Assembly (NCBI GenBank): GCA_964057225.1
Contig: OZ059894.1
Span: 15,066,001-15,130,000, forward strand
Direction of reading: 5' to 3'
Source of the DNA: Auanema rhodensis
Lineage: Eukaryota; Animalia; Nematoda
Length of the DNA stretch: 64,000 nt
Made by a program: the position numbers and the translations under genes. The stretch's first letter is position 1. Every line of letters starts with the position of its first letter. Of this stretch, positions 40,523 to 54,024 are shown piece by piece. The notes beneath the pieces are model-generated. The model was given only the letters and a program-made list of their open reading frames with translations. It did no database searches and was not told the DNA's origin.

Positions 40523-41518
40523 ATGAATTATTATCTTTTTCTTATAAGGTTAAAAGCTCAAAAATGAGAGTGGAGGCGGACAAGAGTTTTTGAAGCATTG
40601 TCGAAGAAGTCATTACAATGTTCACAATTGAAATATAGTAGTATAGAATAGGTCGGAGTTAGACGGTCCTTTTGCCCAAATGACGTTTTCAACATTTTTT
40701 GACTATTTTAATGCACAAAATCATCAAAAATCTGTTGTAACTTAAGGAAAATCTGTCTTTTCTTAAAAAAATCTATTTTTGATCATATGGACAATTGTTA
40801 TGATTGTTTTCATTGAAATGTATAACCTTATTTCCTATAGTAATCATTAGAGGTTTTATTGTATTTATTTCAATAACCAGCATTACTTTTAACACTTGAA
40901 GATACGATGAAATTAAAACACTAACTTTAACATAAGTATTATTAGTATTGTCTTCCTTAAGTTTTTGAGGACTTTGTATTTTCAATTTAAGACCTTTGAA
41001 TGTGAAGTATCAAGACCTTTGAAACTATTGAGAGTTTGAACAATTTTATTTTTTTCACCTATGATTTCTTCTTGTAATTTCTTATTTGATTCTAATATGG
41101 GTTTAAATATCTCAATCCTATGATCTTCAACATTTTCTAGATTGCTACTTTTGTGGGGATCATAAACTTCGATCACTGTTGGAGACATTTTAAAATTTGA
41201 AAAAGTATTTTATTTAGAAAATATTGTATTTATAAATAGAGGAAATTAATGAAGTACTCTAAAAATAGATTTTTTTAAGAAAAGACAGATTTTCCTTAAG
41301 TTACAACAGATTTTTGATGATTTTGTGCATTAAAATAGTCAAAAAATGTTGAAAACGTCATTTGGGCAAAAGGACCGTCTAACCCCGACCTATTCTATAC
41401 TACTATATTTCAATTGTGAACATTGTAATGACTTCTTCGACAATGCTTCAAAAACTCTTGTCCGCCTCCACTCTCATTTTTGAGCTTTTAACCTTATAAG
41501 AAAAAGATAATAATTCAT
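40523..41518. mobile_element. Foldback element with 258-bp inverted repeats (40523-40780 / 41261-41518) and a 480-bp core; possible Maverick/Polinton remnant
   Basis: Arms compared block by block match at 257/258 (mismatch 40657/41384). AGTAGT at 40637 is mirrored by ACTACT ending at 41404. The core carries a disrupted ORF and no transposase. Confidence 0.8.
40773..41188 (-). pseudogene. Frameshifted cargo ORF inside the inverted-repeat element
   Basis: Two abutting ORFs (40982-41188, 40773-40985) join in frame if the 23 bp between the AAGACCTTTGAA copies at 40989-41000 and 41012-41023 is removed. Palindromic TATTTATAAATA at 41227-41238 lies upstream of the ATG. Confidence 0.5.
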
Positions 41519-41600
41519 TCTATACTAATTATTCATATTTCCTTCACATGGCAACACTTTCTGGACTCCATTTTGGCTGAAATCCTGTGTGCAGATTTTC

Positions 41601-43585
41601 ATGTCTAGCTCTGAATATAGCATCTATACACATTTATTTAAAGACTATAATTCAAATATAAAGCCAGTAACATCATCATCTATAGGTAAGTTTTTAATCC
41701 TAACTTAAAATTTCCTGAAAAATGTGGATTTCAGATGTCGTTATTGGGCTTCACATTTTCACATTACTTTATATGGAACAAAAAGAAGAATTAATGGTAT
41801 TTTCTGCTGATTTTGAGATGGTTTTCTTTTTTTATACGTTTTCTTGATCGAATAATATTTTAAAGCAATGGATAGATCCCCAACTAAAATGGAATCCAAG
41901 TGAATATGCTGGTCGAGTGGCAATCTATGTACCTGAACCCTACATATGGAAACCAGATGTGACGGTGTATAATAGGTATAATCTTGTAGTATATGCTCAT
42001 TGAGTTTGAAATATATTGCATATGCTCATATGTTCCAAAGAAAACATGAATGTTAAGCAAATATTATATTTAAAGAAAGTTTTGTAATGTATTTTATATT
42101 GACTACTTTAAGCTATTACAAAAAAAAATAAATTTATGTATAATTTTTATATTTTGATTTTTATATACATATTATCTATAAAATATTTTTATACTTATAT
42201 GTACATGCATACTATGTATAAGTATTCAACCGCTCATCTCATAAGCACCGAAATAAATGAAAACTCGGTAATGTTAAACATAAAACAAAATACATTATCC
42301 ATCTTTTGCAACCAAAACTGCTAGCTGAACATGATAACTAAATTCATAAAACTTATTTTTCAGTATTGATCAATCAGATGTGATTGACTCCTCTCGACGA
42401 CTAGTTACTATACGTCATGATGGTGAAGTTAAAGTCAGCAATCCATCGGTGTACACATCAAGATGCAAGCTTAATGTACGCAATGATTAAATATTCCTTT
42501 GATTTACTATTTATCAATGAATTTAGGTATATAAATTTCCTTTTGATACTCAATCATGTTCAATAAGCCTATCCTCTTGGGTTTATACTATGAATGAACT
42601 AAGCATTCAAGCCTTGAACATAGAAAAACCCGAGGTAAATATTTCAGAAATGTTTCAAAATAGAAGTTTTTTAGTATGTTGGTAACAGTGAATGGGACAT
42701 AATAAAAGTGGTTGTTGCGAATAAAACGACAGTTGATGAAAATCATTTAAGTTTTTCTGTATTTCCTAGAAACGTACCGTTAGAAAAGACATTTCTAATT
42801 TAGGAATTAGAGTATAACGTTGTAATATCTAGGAGATCATCATATTATGTTTATGTTTTGTTGGTACCAACATTTATTGTATCAACCTTATCTTTAATTG
42901 GGCTTTTCACACCGTACGACAACCAAGGACATAGAGTTGAAAGAGTATAGGCAACCAGTTTAAAACATGACGACAACGTTTGCTTTAGGTAACATTAGGA
43001 TTAACTACATTGTTATCCCTCGCTGTTATGCTTAACATTGTTGGAGATGAAATGCCAAAAACAAACAAACTTCCTCAATTAGGTTTATCAGAAGTGAATG
43101 AATGTTAACCTTTTGACGATTGTCTTCAGGAAGTTATGTCTTATCCGAAATAGTTCTCTGCTCAATCGGTGTACTGACAACAATAATCATTCAATTTGCA
43201 CATCAGAGAATACTCACACGACGTGTTATACCATTTGGCAACACGAAACTTGAACCTGATCATGTAAACTTATTATTTCATATATTGAGAGTAACATACC
43301 AATTTAGAATTTTCGTAAACTTCTCAGAAGTTCAGGTGATGTGGATTCATTCATTGTCACAAAACTTGAAGATTGCTTGAAGGCTTGTGACAAAAAAAAC
43401 AATATCGTTCATGTTTAATACTATTACTCTTTAAGGAAGTCGTTAACTACATTGAAAAAACGGATAAAAAAGAAACACTGCGATTAAGTTGGATACACTT
43501 TTTTGACACCATAGATCTATGTCTTCTAATCTTATTTCAAGTAGCAAATATAATAATGACATTATGTTTCTCACTAATAAGATGA
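41601..43585 (+). CDS. Orphan non-alpha nAChR-like Cys-loop cation channel (PBO-5/LGC-type group); 5' end uncertain
   Basis: HLFKDYNSNIKPV; QWIDPQLKWNPSEY; IWKPDVTVYN; Cys-loop CKLNVYKFPFDTQSC; GNSEWDI; no vicinal CC in loop C; RRSSYYVYVLLVPTFI; cation-type ERVTLGLTTLLSLAVML; MPKT..LP.LG; M4 FDTIDLCLLILFQVANII*. Confidence 0.88.
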
Positions 43586-43726
43586 TTCAAATTAGAGACC
43601 GTAAGACGTTTTTCATTAATATTTGTCAGCACAAGAACATTGAGACCAATGAATAGGGTAAATACAATATTCGAAATATTTGGATACATACTAGTACATG
43701 AAGGGGGGACGCTCAAAGCCAAAACT

Positions 43727-45151
43727 TTACAATGTCTTCGGTCGGCTTTCCGAGTCGTTGATCTGTCGAATAGTAATAAGGTTGTCTGGTAAAGGTGATG
43801 GAGTTGTCTGAAAAAAAAAATACAAATTTTCCCCTCTGAAAAATATTCCTAACCTCATGTTCATAAGCATATGACGAAGCAATGGCAAGTTGAGATCCAT
43901 CAAAGTTAAAACTAAGCGAAGTGATGCTTGTGTGGAATCTAATGAAAATTGAATAAAAATTCTAACAGAATGGAAGACTAACTTATGCAGTTGAACAAGA
44001 CGCTTACGGTTGAAAGGATCCCAGATGTTTACCATTGAATCAGATCCACCGGTAGCAAATGTTCCATGAACTGGATGAAAAGCAATAGAATTTACAGGAT
44101 AAATGAATTCAGTTCCATCATCTTCTTTTACTCTGCAATTAAGATATAGATATAAAAAAACACCTAACATTAATCATACCTGTGGCACTTGAAGGCATAT
44201 TTTTTCTTTTGAACTTCTGGCGATTGATCAATATATTCAACAGCAACTCTTCCTTCAATGGAAGATACAACGAAAGCATCACCAGTAGGGAAGAATGCCA
44301 AAGATCTAGTTTGATACTACAATTTAGTGCGCATTATGAATGAACCTGTAAAATTAACTAACTTTAAGAGGACTATCCCTGGTTTGTTCAGGAGACTTCA
44401 TGTTTCTTGTATCAAACAAATAAATCTTTCTGAAAATCACAACTATTTTTTGTAAATTAATGCTTGTTTACCTATCTCTGGTGCCAACAATAACCTTATC
44501 TCCTAAAACATCCATAGCATACACCTTATCACTCAAATTTTGAGTTTGAAGGACGCAAGGAATAGAATCTCGAGCATCCCAAAGCTAATAAAGCAACTAC
44601 ATTGCCAGAACTCAAAAAAGATTCAATGTACCTTCACAGTTCCATCCCAAGATCCTGATACAATTACTCCTCCAACACTATTATATTCCATACAGCGAAT
44701 ACCCTGATTATGGATTCCAATATTTTGTTCTGAAATACGAAAATAAACATGAACTATTTTTCTAATATTCACCTTTGCCGGATTCAAGATCTACTACTTT
44801 CACTATTTGATCGAGTCCTCCACTAATTACCTTTGAATTTTCCTAAAAAAAAAGAAAATGACATCAGAGGAATAACCTATATGAGCGTACAGCAAATGTA
44901 CAACATAGTACAGGCTTTCCATGATAATAAAATCTTTTTTCATCCGCTTGTCCAATTCCACCAATGTTGAAAATTCTAACAGTACCATCCCAACCAGAAG
45001 CAACTAATAAACGGGAATTGAGAGCTTTAGAAAACTGAAAAAAAGTTTAAACACTTGGTTGTTCTATGGGAATTACCTGAATCTTAGAGATGGATACATG
45101 TGAGGGGAAAGGTACCATGTACTCATTGGGAGCAGCAATTATATGGGCCAT
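43727..45151 (-). CDS. bub-3: Mitotic checkpoint WD40 protein BUB3
   Basis: LLVASGWDGTVRIF; TGSWDGTVK; RDSPLKYQTRS; VSSIEGRVAVEY; KKYAFKCHR; IYPVNSIAFHPVHGTFATGGSD; IWDPFNRKRL; C-terminal RPK. Confidence 0.95.
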
Positions 45152-45422
45152 CTTGTTCTGAAACAGTAAAAATAAGAAAATCGCGAAGAATTAAGGAATA
45201 ATGAAGCTTTAAAATAAACATCAACGCTGTTTTTGACTTTGAGAACTCGATCCCGCCAACAGAATTTAAAAGTATTCGTAGTTTGGTTACTTTTCTGAAT
45301 GTACGCAATTTTTTGACTCGTTAATTCCACTTGAAATAATCTTTTTATAACTATTTATGCTAATTGATTTAATTTATAAAAAACTAGAAATATATTATTT
45401 AATTTATTCAACCAAATTTTAG

Positions 45423-46014
45423 ATGTTTATATCAAGGTTAGGATCACTATTTAATAATGTAAAGTCGATTCTTCCTGGAACTTCTTTTGGAAGTTTCACG
45501 TCTGGTGCAGTCTCCTCTTTTCATACATCAGCTCAGTTTTATCGAAATAATTTTCTTCAGGTACTGTTAGGTTAAATTTTAATAATTAGAACTGTTTTTC
45601 AGTTTATTCATCATAGAAATGGCCCGCCAAAAAGACGTGCGCGCAGTAAAGACAAAAGTCCTATTACAGGTTTCAACCATTTCAAGGGAATAGTTCTTAA
45701 AAGTATGTATAGATTTCTTTATTGATCATAAAACATTTATTCAGCTGTCATACGACATCCAAAAAAACCAAATTCTGGAAATAGAAAATGCGCAATAGTT
45801 CGACTGTCAACAGGTAACGAAGTTTGTGCTTATATTCCTGGAGTTGGGCACAACTTGCAAGAACATTCTCAGGTGAGTATTATTTAAATATATAACAACA
45901 ATTTGTTCATTACAGGTTTTGGTCAAAGGAGGAAGAAGACGAGATCTCATTTCCGTTAAAGCGAATATCGTGAGAGGAAAGTTTGATTGTGCTCCAGCAG
46001 GAGGAAAAAAATAG
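45423..46014 (+). CDS. mrps-12: Mitochondrial ribosomal protein S12
   Basis: Presequence-like N-terminus; [74 protein letters not shown] directly precedes the ATG. Confidence 0.96.
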
Positions 46015-46141
46015 GTTATGTAGTATAATAGATTATATTTTGTGTTAAGAAATGAGTTAATTACAATGTTGTTAAAGCTGAAAGTAAGATAAAACTTATA
46101 TACAAATTAAACGATAAATAAAAACCGGGAAAAGATTATTG

Positions 46142-49100
46142 CTATTTTTTCGATTTCGGCTTCTTATGTGTGTTGCCACTGCCTTTGCCATCGGGACTTT
46201 CTATATCAGATTTCTCTATACCATCTATATTTTCAATGCTTCCTGTTTGTGAAGAACCTGCTGTTTCTTCTATACCAGAGCGAACATCTTCATCTGGATC
46301 AGCAGAACGGTCTAAGCGTTCAGACGCATTATATTCGGCAGAATTTTCCGGGTTTTGTTCGACGTCAGTCGAATTTTCTGTATTATGTTCGTTTTCAACA
46401 GCATTTTTTACGCTCTGTTCATCGTCAGCGGCATCTGCACTCTCATCCTCTTCGTCTTCATCATTTGCTATGTTTTCTTCGCCATCAAGAACATTTTCGT
46501 CGGACGCAAGAGCTGCAGTAAGACTTTTAGAAAATTCAATCTCAGTCTCTACTAGAATTACCGCTTAGTTGCAATTTAATATCCTTTTTGATACCCAAAG
46601 CTACGTCTACATCTAATGGTTCTGGTCTATCCCTCTTATTCTGAAAAAAACACAATAAAATTTAATTCAGAAACTAAAAAGCTACCTTCTTCTTATCTTT
46701 AACATATTTTTTCAGAACTGTGGGAATACCGTTCTCTTCGTTCTAAAGTAAGCTTACATATCTTGAAATTTGAAAAAAAATTACATAGCGTTCACCCATG
46801 GTATACAACTTTTTCATGAGCTTTTTCACTTCAACAACATGCTTTGGACGTTCGCCATCATCTTCAACCAGGGTCTAAATTATTACATTGGAACTAAAAT
46901 TAATTTTCATGAACAAACGTGATAAAAATCAAAAAGATCTTCATACATGTCCAGAACTTGATTGTTTCGAAAGTTTTCTATTTCTAGAAGTGAGAGACAT
47001 TGACAGTATGAGGGAATTAAAGAGTCGCAGGGGTTTGCCAACATATGACTTATTATTTGTTCAAACAACGCATGATGAGCACATGGAACCTAGAATAAAA
47101 TAGAATATAATAAATTTAACTTTTATCGATATGACAACTTACATTTCTCTCATTCTCTTTAAGTAGAAGAGTTCTTTTTGTCCAATTGCAGATAAATGTA
47201 AGACATTTTGCGATATTAATGTCTTTGCGAGCCGCAAGAGGACCTACAGCAAGGTTCAATTTCTTCACACGCTCCGCTATGTGCCAAAAAGAATATACTA
47301 GTACAAATTGATTACTTCTAAACAAAGTTGAATGAATTTAAAAAAAAATTATCTTACCGCCGATTTGTTGAGAAAGTTATGAAGAACTGTGCCAAGCATG
47401 CCTTGAGTGCAGAATTTTTAGAAGATGAAGGATGGAATAGTCTATAAAAATATGAATGTATCAGAAAAAAACATTTAGAAATAAAGTCAATACTTCAAAA
47501 TCAAAGAAGCTGTGAGGGATACGAAATGAGTTTGAGTATGAACTCGGACGCCTAAAAGAAGAAGCTTGGCCGAGCACTCTGTAGCTTTGAAACCAACTTT
47601 CTCATCAGTAAACTGAAATTAAACCACAACACTAAATAAAAATCATAGAACATACCGAAGGTTCTAGAAAAGATTCGAACAACTCAGTGAGTTCAGCTGG
47701 CTCTTTAATCCAATCATTAACTTTCTCATACCCATATATAACACACCAATCACAAATAGCATCAAGGCAAATACACTATAAAACTGATTAATTATAATCA
47801 TGTATCGATTTTCACACAACCTTAATAGTTGAACAATCAAGATTAATGGCCCTCAAAATCATGTTGATGTTCCTGAACCAAATATTTTTTCTCATTAACC
47901 AAACAATCTTACTCTTGGGCAATTTTAGCTTCTAATCCGCCAACAATACCTGTTGCTTCGATAGCCCAAGATCTGACTTCCTCATCTCTGGATTTTAAGC
48001 AACGGTGAACCTAAAATGTGAAAATATTAAAATTGAATAAATAAAACTAAGCTTACCAAATTTTCATACTTATCAAGAATAATAGGATTCAATGCTTTGA
48101 AAACACCTGTTTTAAGAATGGAATTAACCAACTGCATGCAATAATTAGTTATCACTTCTTCTTCCTATATTAACTTTTTCTTTTTTTGTATTCAGAACAC
48201 TTATGATACCGCTGGTGACAGAGGAGCACGTGGAGCACTCAAAGTCTCATTCATTAATGTTGCATCCGGATTAACACTTTTGTCGACAAGAGAAGCAGCA
48301 ATCGATGTAACTGTATCAAGAGCACCCTATAATTACAGAAGTGATTATATTCACAGTGAAACTTTCTTACCATGGCATCATTTTTATAATGTTCGCCAAC
48401 GAGGTGTATGGTAATATTATCCGTCACATATTTCTTTAGAGTGAAATCAAACAGTAATTCTTCAAGAGTTAACCTCCAAGCCTCTCTGAAGACATAAATA
48501 TAATACAAATTTCACAAAAAAAAATTACAATCCACATTCATCTTTTTCCAAAAATGGGATACTTTTCAGTATTTGGAGCAAAGCAATCTATAAATGAAAC
48601 GTAGCCAAGAAAAAAAAAGAAAAAACAACTTGGCAATAGTTACTATATTCCAAATCATTGCAATCATGTTCTTCGTTCATATTCGTAGGAAGTGCTTTGA
48701 CACTCAACTCTTTAGCAAGTTCACACATAGCCTTCATAGTTGGAGCCAAACGATGAAGACTAGCATGTCTCTGAAAATAAGAAGAATATTAAACTACAAT
48801 TTAATTTCTAACTAAAAACGTACATCAATTGTTCCTGTAGCATCTGTTCCTGTTTTCGTATAAGCGTATTCAATCATACAACGCCAATAAAAACATTTTT
48901 CAGCTAAAGCTTTAGAGCTCATGCTATACAAATTCGATACAAATTCACTTGAAACAGAACATCATACCTTTCTTCTACTAATGTTTTATAATTTCTGTGT
49001 AAAATAGGCTCAGGAAGGACCGCATCATTGCTCATGGACATGAACAAATCAGACACCGAGAACGGCCTTCCTCTCCCAAGCATTAATCTGGTAGTGTCAA

Positions 49101-50743
49101 GTATAACTATTCCAATTCTCGCAACAACGTCCTAAAGCTAGAAAATATAACAATTTCAAGAAAGTCAAGCACTTACATCTGATGTTGCCCAAGGCAGTCT
49201 GGACATGAGAATAAAAGCTCCGGCGCCCAATCCATGATTACAATCATTTTTCAAATTAATTTTAGTGCCTCCAGCTTCTAAATTAACTACCTATATATTA
49301 CTCGAAACTTTTTTAACATACTTTCTTGTTGCTTGCACTTTCTTCTTTGACCATCAGCCAGTATTTTAATCCAACTCATTAAAAGATAAGTCTGTGATGC
49401 TGCTCTTATGGGTTCTAAAACAAACCATAAATAAAAGTCCAGAAAAAAATCTAACTCTGGATAGCGAAAAGAACACTTTGAAGCAAATCCAGTAACAGCG
49501 CCTTATCAATACTAGTTGGCTTAACTTTACCCAGAGTGGTTATAGCCGAAATTCGAACCTGGACAATTCTATTTATGAAGTATATTGTAGAGAATCTGCT
49601 AACCTTATTACTCCTATCGCATGTGGCGATTTCTATGAGAGTTTTCACATGTTCTGTACATTTGAGATCCAAATTCAGAGTTTCTAATGCAGCGAGCCGG
49701 CATTCAGGACATACGTCTCGCAACCCCATGTAAATAACTAAAATTTAGAAGCACTGCAACGAATACGAAAAAAGAACATACTATCCTTAGGACCTCGCTT
49801 TATAGCTATTTTAAAGTCGTTACTAATTGGAATATCTTGTATATATTTACAAGCCTTGAGAACTTCGCATCTTACAAGAATGTGCTAAACAAGTATTTCA
49901 ATTAAAATCACATATTTTTGACATACCTTATCGTACTGTCGAGAAATTAAGACGCCATAGAGACCATTTCTGTAGTCATTAGGCATAGCATGTTCATTTT
50001 TGTCACCATGCTTCATCACAGGCCAGAGTTCAAATAAAATTCCTACCAATGCACAAATATTGCATCTGACAGAATGATCTTCAGCATAAACAAGCTGGAA
50101 AACGAATTATCTTAACATTTTTCGTACTTTACAAACCGATGTAGCATAGTTATAGAGAAATTGAAGAAGGTCCATTTTCGAACTTTCCGTATATACGTTA
50201 AGACCAGCTTTAACTAACATTTTGTAAACCTTTTTACGCTTGTGCATATCATTACAATCTTCTACCTAAATACATATAGATCAGCTATATAACAGTAATG
50301 TGCTACTTACAATCAAGTTCAAACGAAAACGTAATTCATTGAAAAAATCGCTTTGCAAGTTATCAGGAAAAGAATCAATAAACTAAATTGGAAATTATAA
50401 AAACAACTACACAATAACAATTACCTTTAGGAATACCGCTTTCAACTGCTTGCTGAATGGATCTAAGTTATCATCTTCGGCTTGGTAAGCACCACGGAAT
50501 GCCTCTTTCATTAACCGCCTATGTAACAACTTTATCAAAATCTATAACTTGGAGATACCTGAGATCTTCCATCTGACTGGAATCATCTAGATTAATTTTG
50601 TTCCCTCTTTTCTTAGGATTTTCACATCTGTCAATTTTTTGAATTACGACTTCAGCTTCAAACGTTTCTCTGAGAAGTTCGGTATCATTATCTGATTGCT
50701 CTACTACTATTTCTGCAGCCGCTGCCGCTCTAGTTCTAACCAT
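46142..50743 (-). CDS. capg-1: Condensin I subunit CAP-G (HEAT-repeat protein)
   Basis: HSVRCNICALVG; SRQYDK..VRCEVL; RDVCPECRLAALETL; DRSNKVRISAI; EKCFYWRCMIEY; CLKSRDEEVRSWAIEATG; acidic, low-complexity C-terminus. The layout matches CAP-G/Ycg1. Confidence 0.75.
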
Positions 50744-51271
50744 CTGGAAAATAAAGATTCAAAACTCTAAAAATATGAATTAACAACGATTTTTCACTGC
50801 AATATTTCCAGTTGTTAATGATATGCACCGCTTATCTATGTAATTAGAGAAGAAAATGATGTTTGATATTTCGCAGGTTGTGCGGTCGATATTTTTCAAG
50901 TTATGTAAACTAGCAGAACACTGCTAGAATGCATAACACTCACATCAGTTTTTAATGTTTTAATGCATGTCACTAACATTATACAATAATTTCGAATATT
51001 TTAATTTTAAATACATTGCAAACTATATAGGCATAAATATAAATCCAACAAGTGGTCATGGATGTTGAGAGATTTCGGATTCAAAATTTTAATATTTAGG
51101 AACTACGGTAGCATTGGAGCATGCATAACATCCCTGTTAACAAACGCTTTTCTGTTTTGTTACAACTTTATGTATTATATTTAATGTTTTTTAAAATTTC
51201 CTTTACAAAGATATCCGCTATACAAATATTGTTTTTTATTAAAAAAAATATTTGAATGTTTGCAGGGGTTT

Positions 51272-54024
51272 ATGTCGTTAGCGGAAGAGGTACAAGAACC
51301 TCAACCGCGGCTTCGAAATATAAATACAGCTGATAGGGACAGAAATAGGTAAGATTCAAAGTTTGATATTTTTGTTTTAATCAACATTTTTTAGAGTTCG
51401 TAATTCAGATTTTACTGTTGGCAGTGAGCTAGAAAATGAGGAGAATATAAAAAAAAGTGACAGGTAAACAAATAAATGTTAGTGATTATTTATTATTTAT
51501 TCAGAAAAGTTTCTCATGTTTCTATATCAGAAAAGTGCACAGTCATATGCGATGATGTTGGACCTCTTACTCCAGGTATTGTTTTATATTTTTCAATAAT
51601 ATATTATCAAAACGCAGGCCCTGCTACTCCTACATTGACTGATCCTGTTCCTATAACTGTTACCGAGTATGAAAATTTCGTTTCTTACTGTTGGACAGAG
51701 TTAACGAGGTGACTTTTCCATGTAATGTTTATTTAAATAAATATAATTATGTTTCAGGGGATATTCTTTACATAATGACCAGACTAGGTTTACAGAAAAA
51801 CGACGTAAAGTTTATAAATTTTTAAAAATACCTATCGAAGCTGAAAGGTTCCTTTTCTACGGACAACTTCAATGTATTGATGCTTTTTGCTATCTCTTCA
51901 CATTTCTTCCCATACGTTTCTTTGTATGTTGTTCAATTAAATTTTTAGTATAAACGTAAACAATATAGATGTCGATTACCGGCTTTTTGCTGCGTTTGAA
52001 ACAATGGACATCCGCTGAAACATGCGATCTTCTTAAAGTAGGAATTATAATTTTTGCGTCTCTTCTCATGCAGCACATCGGTATGATGTTATTCATTCAA
52101 TCGCTTTATAATATATATGTTTAGACACTTCTGTTGTTTATCATGAGGTTCGAAGTCAAGGTGTTATCAAGCTTTACATATTTTATAATATGCTTGAAGT
52201 TGCCGATAAGTTATTCAGTAGCTTGGGACAAGTAATTTTTTCCTTAAATATTACATAATTCAATGAATTTTAGGATATTCTTGATGCTCTGTTTTGGACA
52301 GCTAATGAACCCTTCACTATAAGAAACAGCATTCGTACTGTTTTTCACTTCATGTTTGCCATAGCTTATGCCACATCTCATACATTCTTGGTTTTATTAC
52401 AAGTACTTGTCATCTTAAATGTGTTTTAATTCGAGTTTATTCAGGCTACTACATTAAATGTGGCATTTAATTCGCATAACCAGGCTTTGCTTGCCATTAT
52501 GATGTCTAATAATTTTGTTGAATTGAAAGGCTCTGTTTTCAAAAAGTTTGCTAAGGCCAATCTTTTCCAAATGGCATGCAGGTTTTTAAAATTGAAAAAT
52601 TTTTGACAGTATTATCTTATAGTGATGTTCGTGAACGTTTCCATATAATGGCGTTGCTCTTCGTAGTTGTTGTACGAAATATGGTTGCTGTGAACTGGAG
52701 TAGTGAACACTTTTGGGAAATGCTCCCAGATATGGTGTGTTTTTTCTTAACTATTGTGTTATATTTATACTATTTACAGTTTATGGTAATTGGTGCTGAA
52801 TTGATCGTGGACTGGTTGAAACATGCTTTCATAACAAAGTTTAATGAAATTAATGCTGAAGTTTATAGAGGTTTGCATATGTGTACCAGTCGTATATATT
52901 TACTTTTATTTTAGATTTCACAATTACAATTGCTTATGATGTTGTCCGAAGTAAGGATGCCACAGCGTTCAGTGACTATTCAGATCAGGTATTTAAAACT
53001 ACTGTTATGCTTTTCATCTATGAGAATATTTCCATAGGTTTCAAGGCGTATGGGTTTTATTCCAATACCATTATCTGTGATGTTAGTACGTGTTTTGGGG
53101 CAAACTTTTTCTTTTAACAGCTTTTCTAGTATTGTTATATGTGGTATGTATTTTTGCATTTTCAATTATTTTTTATTTTTTATTTTCAGTAATTGCTTGG
53201 TTGCTGTTGTTAACTATAAAAATTTGTAGTGGAATAGTTTTATTGGGACAAGCTTGTCAGCATGTAACAACGTACAAGGAATTACAGGTACATCATCTTC
53301 TCTCAAAAATACACCTCTTTTCATTTTTTTAGAAACGATCTGAGTTCGAACTTTATCGGAAACGTATTATCGACAAGAAAAGTAAGAGTGCTCCTAGCTC
53401 TCCAAGGATGAGTTTGATTGATTTTACTGGTGCTGTGTTCTTTTCTGTATCATATATTATTTACTGGTTTTAGATGTATTACATCAACCATCCGGAGTTA
53501 AAGGTTTCACAGTGTCTGATTTAATGGACCAATTAGAAGATTTACAGTTAATCCAGGTTTGCAAATTTTTAATAGTGAAATAAGAGTTTTGTTTAGTCGT
53601 CAGAAAGAAGAAGTGCAGAAAGAGAACGTGATGATCGTACTCCTCGAAGAACACATAGTATGGCTAATTTGTCTAGGTTGGTATATTTGTTTTTATATTT
53701 TTGAATGTTTTATTAACGACCAACAAAAATATTTCGAATGTTGTTTAGAGCTAGAAGAGATAAAAGCGAACCTCCTGCTTCTATACCAGAAAGTGAAGAA
53801 CGATCTAAGGAAGACGAAGGATCAGTTGAGAAAAATAGAATAGAGAAAGAAGAAACGTGTGTTAATTGATTAACTAACGGATATAAGTTGTTTTTTTCAG
53901 AACCAACCAAGGAAGCCCTAAAAAGAAAATTGTTAGCCCTACAGCGCAAGATTGTGTTGAATTGGCAGATGTAACTGCCTATACCATGCTACCTCCTGAG
54001 CAAGGAGTTGAAAGAATAGAATAA
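51272..54024 (+). CDS. tapt-1: TAPT1/EMP65 family membrane protein
   Basis: ELTRGYSL; ERFLFYGQLQCIDAFCYLFTFLPIR; YHEVRSQGVIKLYIFYNMLEVADKLFSSLGQDILDAL; QATTLNVAFNSHN; SNNFVELKGSVFKKF; DVRERFH; VDWLKHAFITKFNEI; VSRRMGFIPIPL. Confidence 0.95.

Noticed and set aside
40742-41299. Inner TTAA|GG...CC|TTAA as a piggyBac/Kolobok-type element
   Set aside because: Inverted symmetry continues ~220 bp beyond the TTAA, so it is part of the arm and not a target duplication.
46168-46568. Plus-strand ORFs of 117 and 132 aa
   Set aside because: Antisense to the acidic last exon of capg-1.
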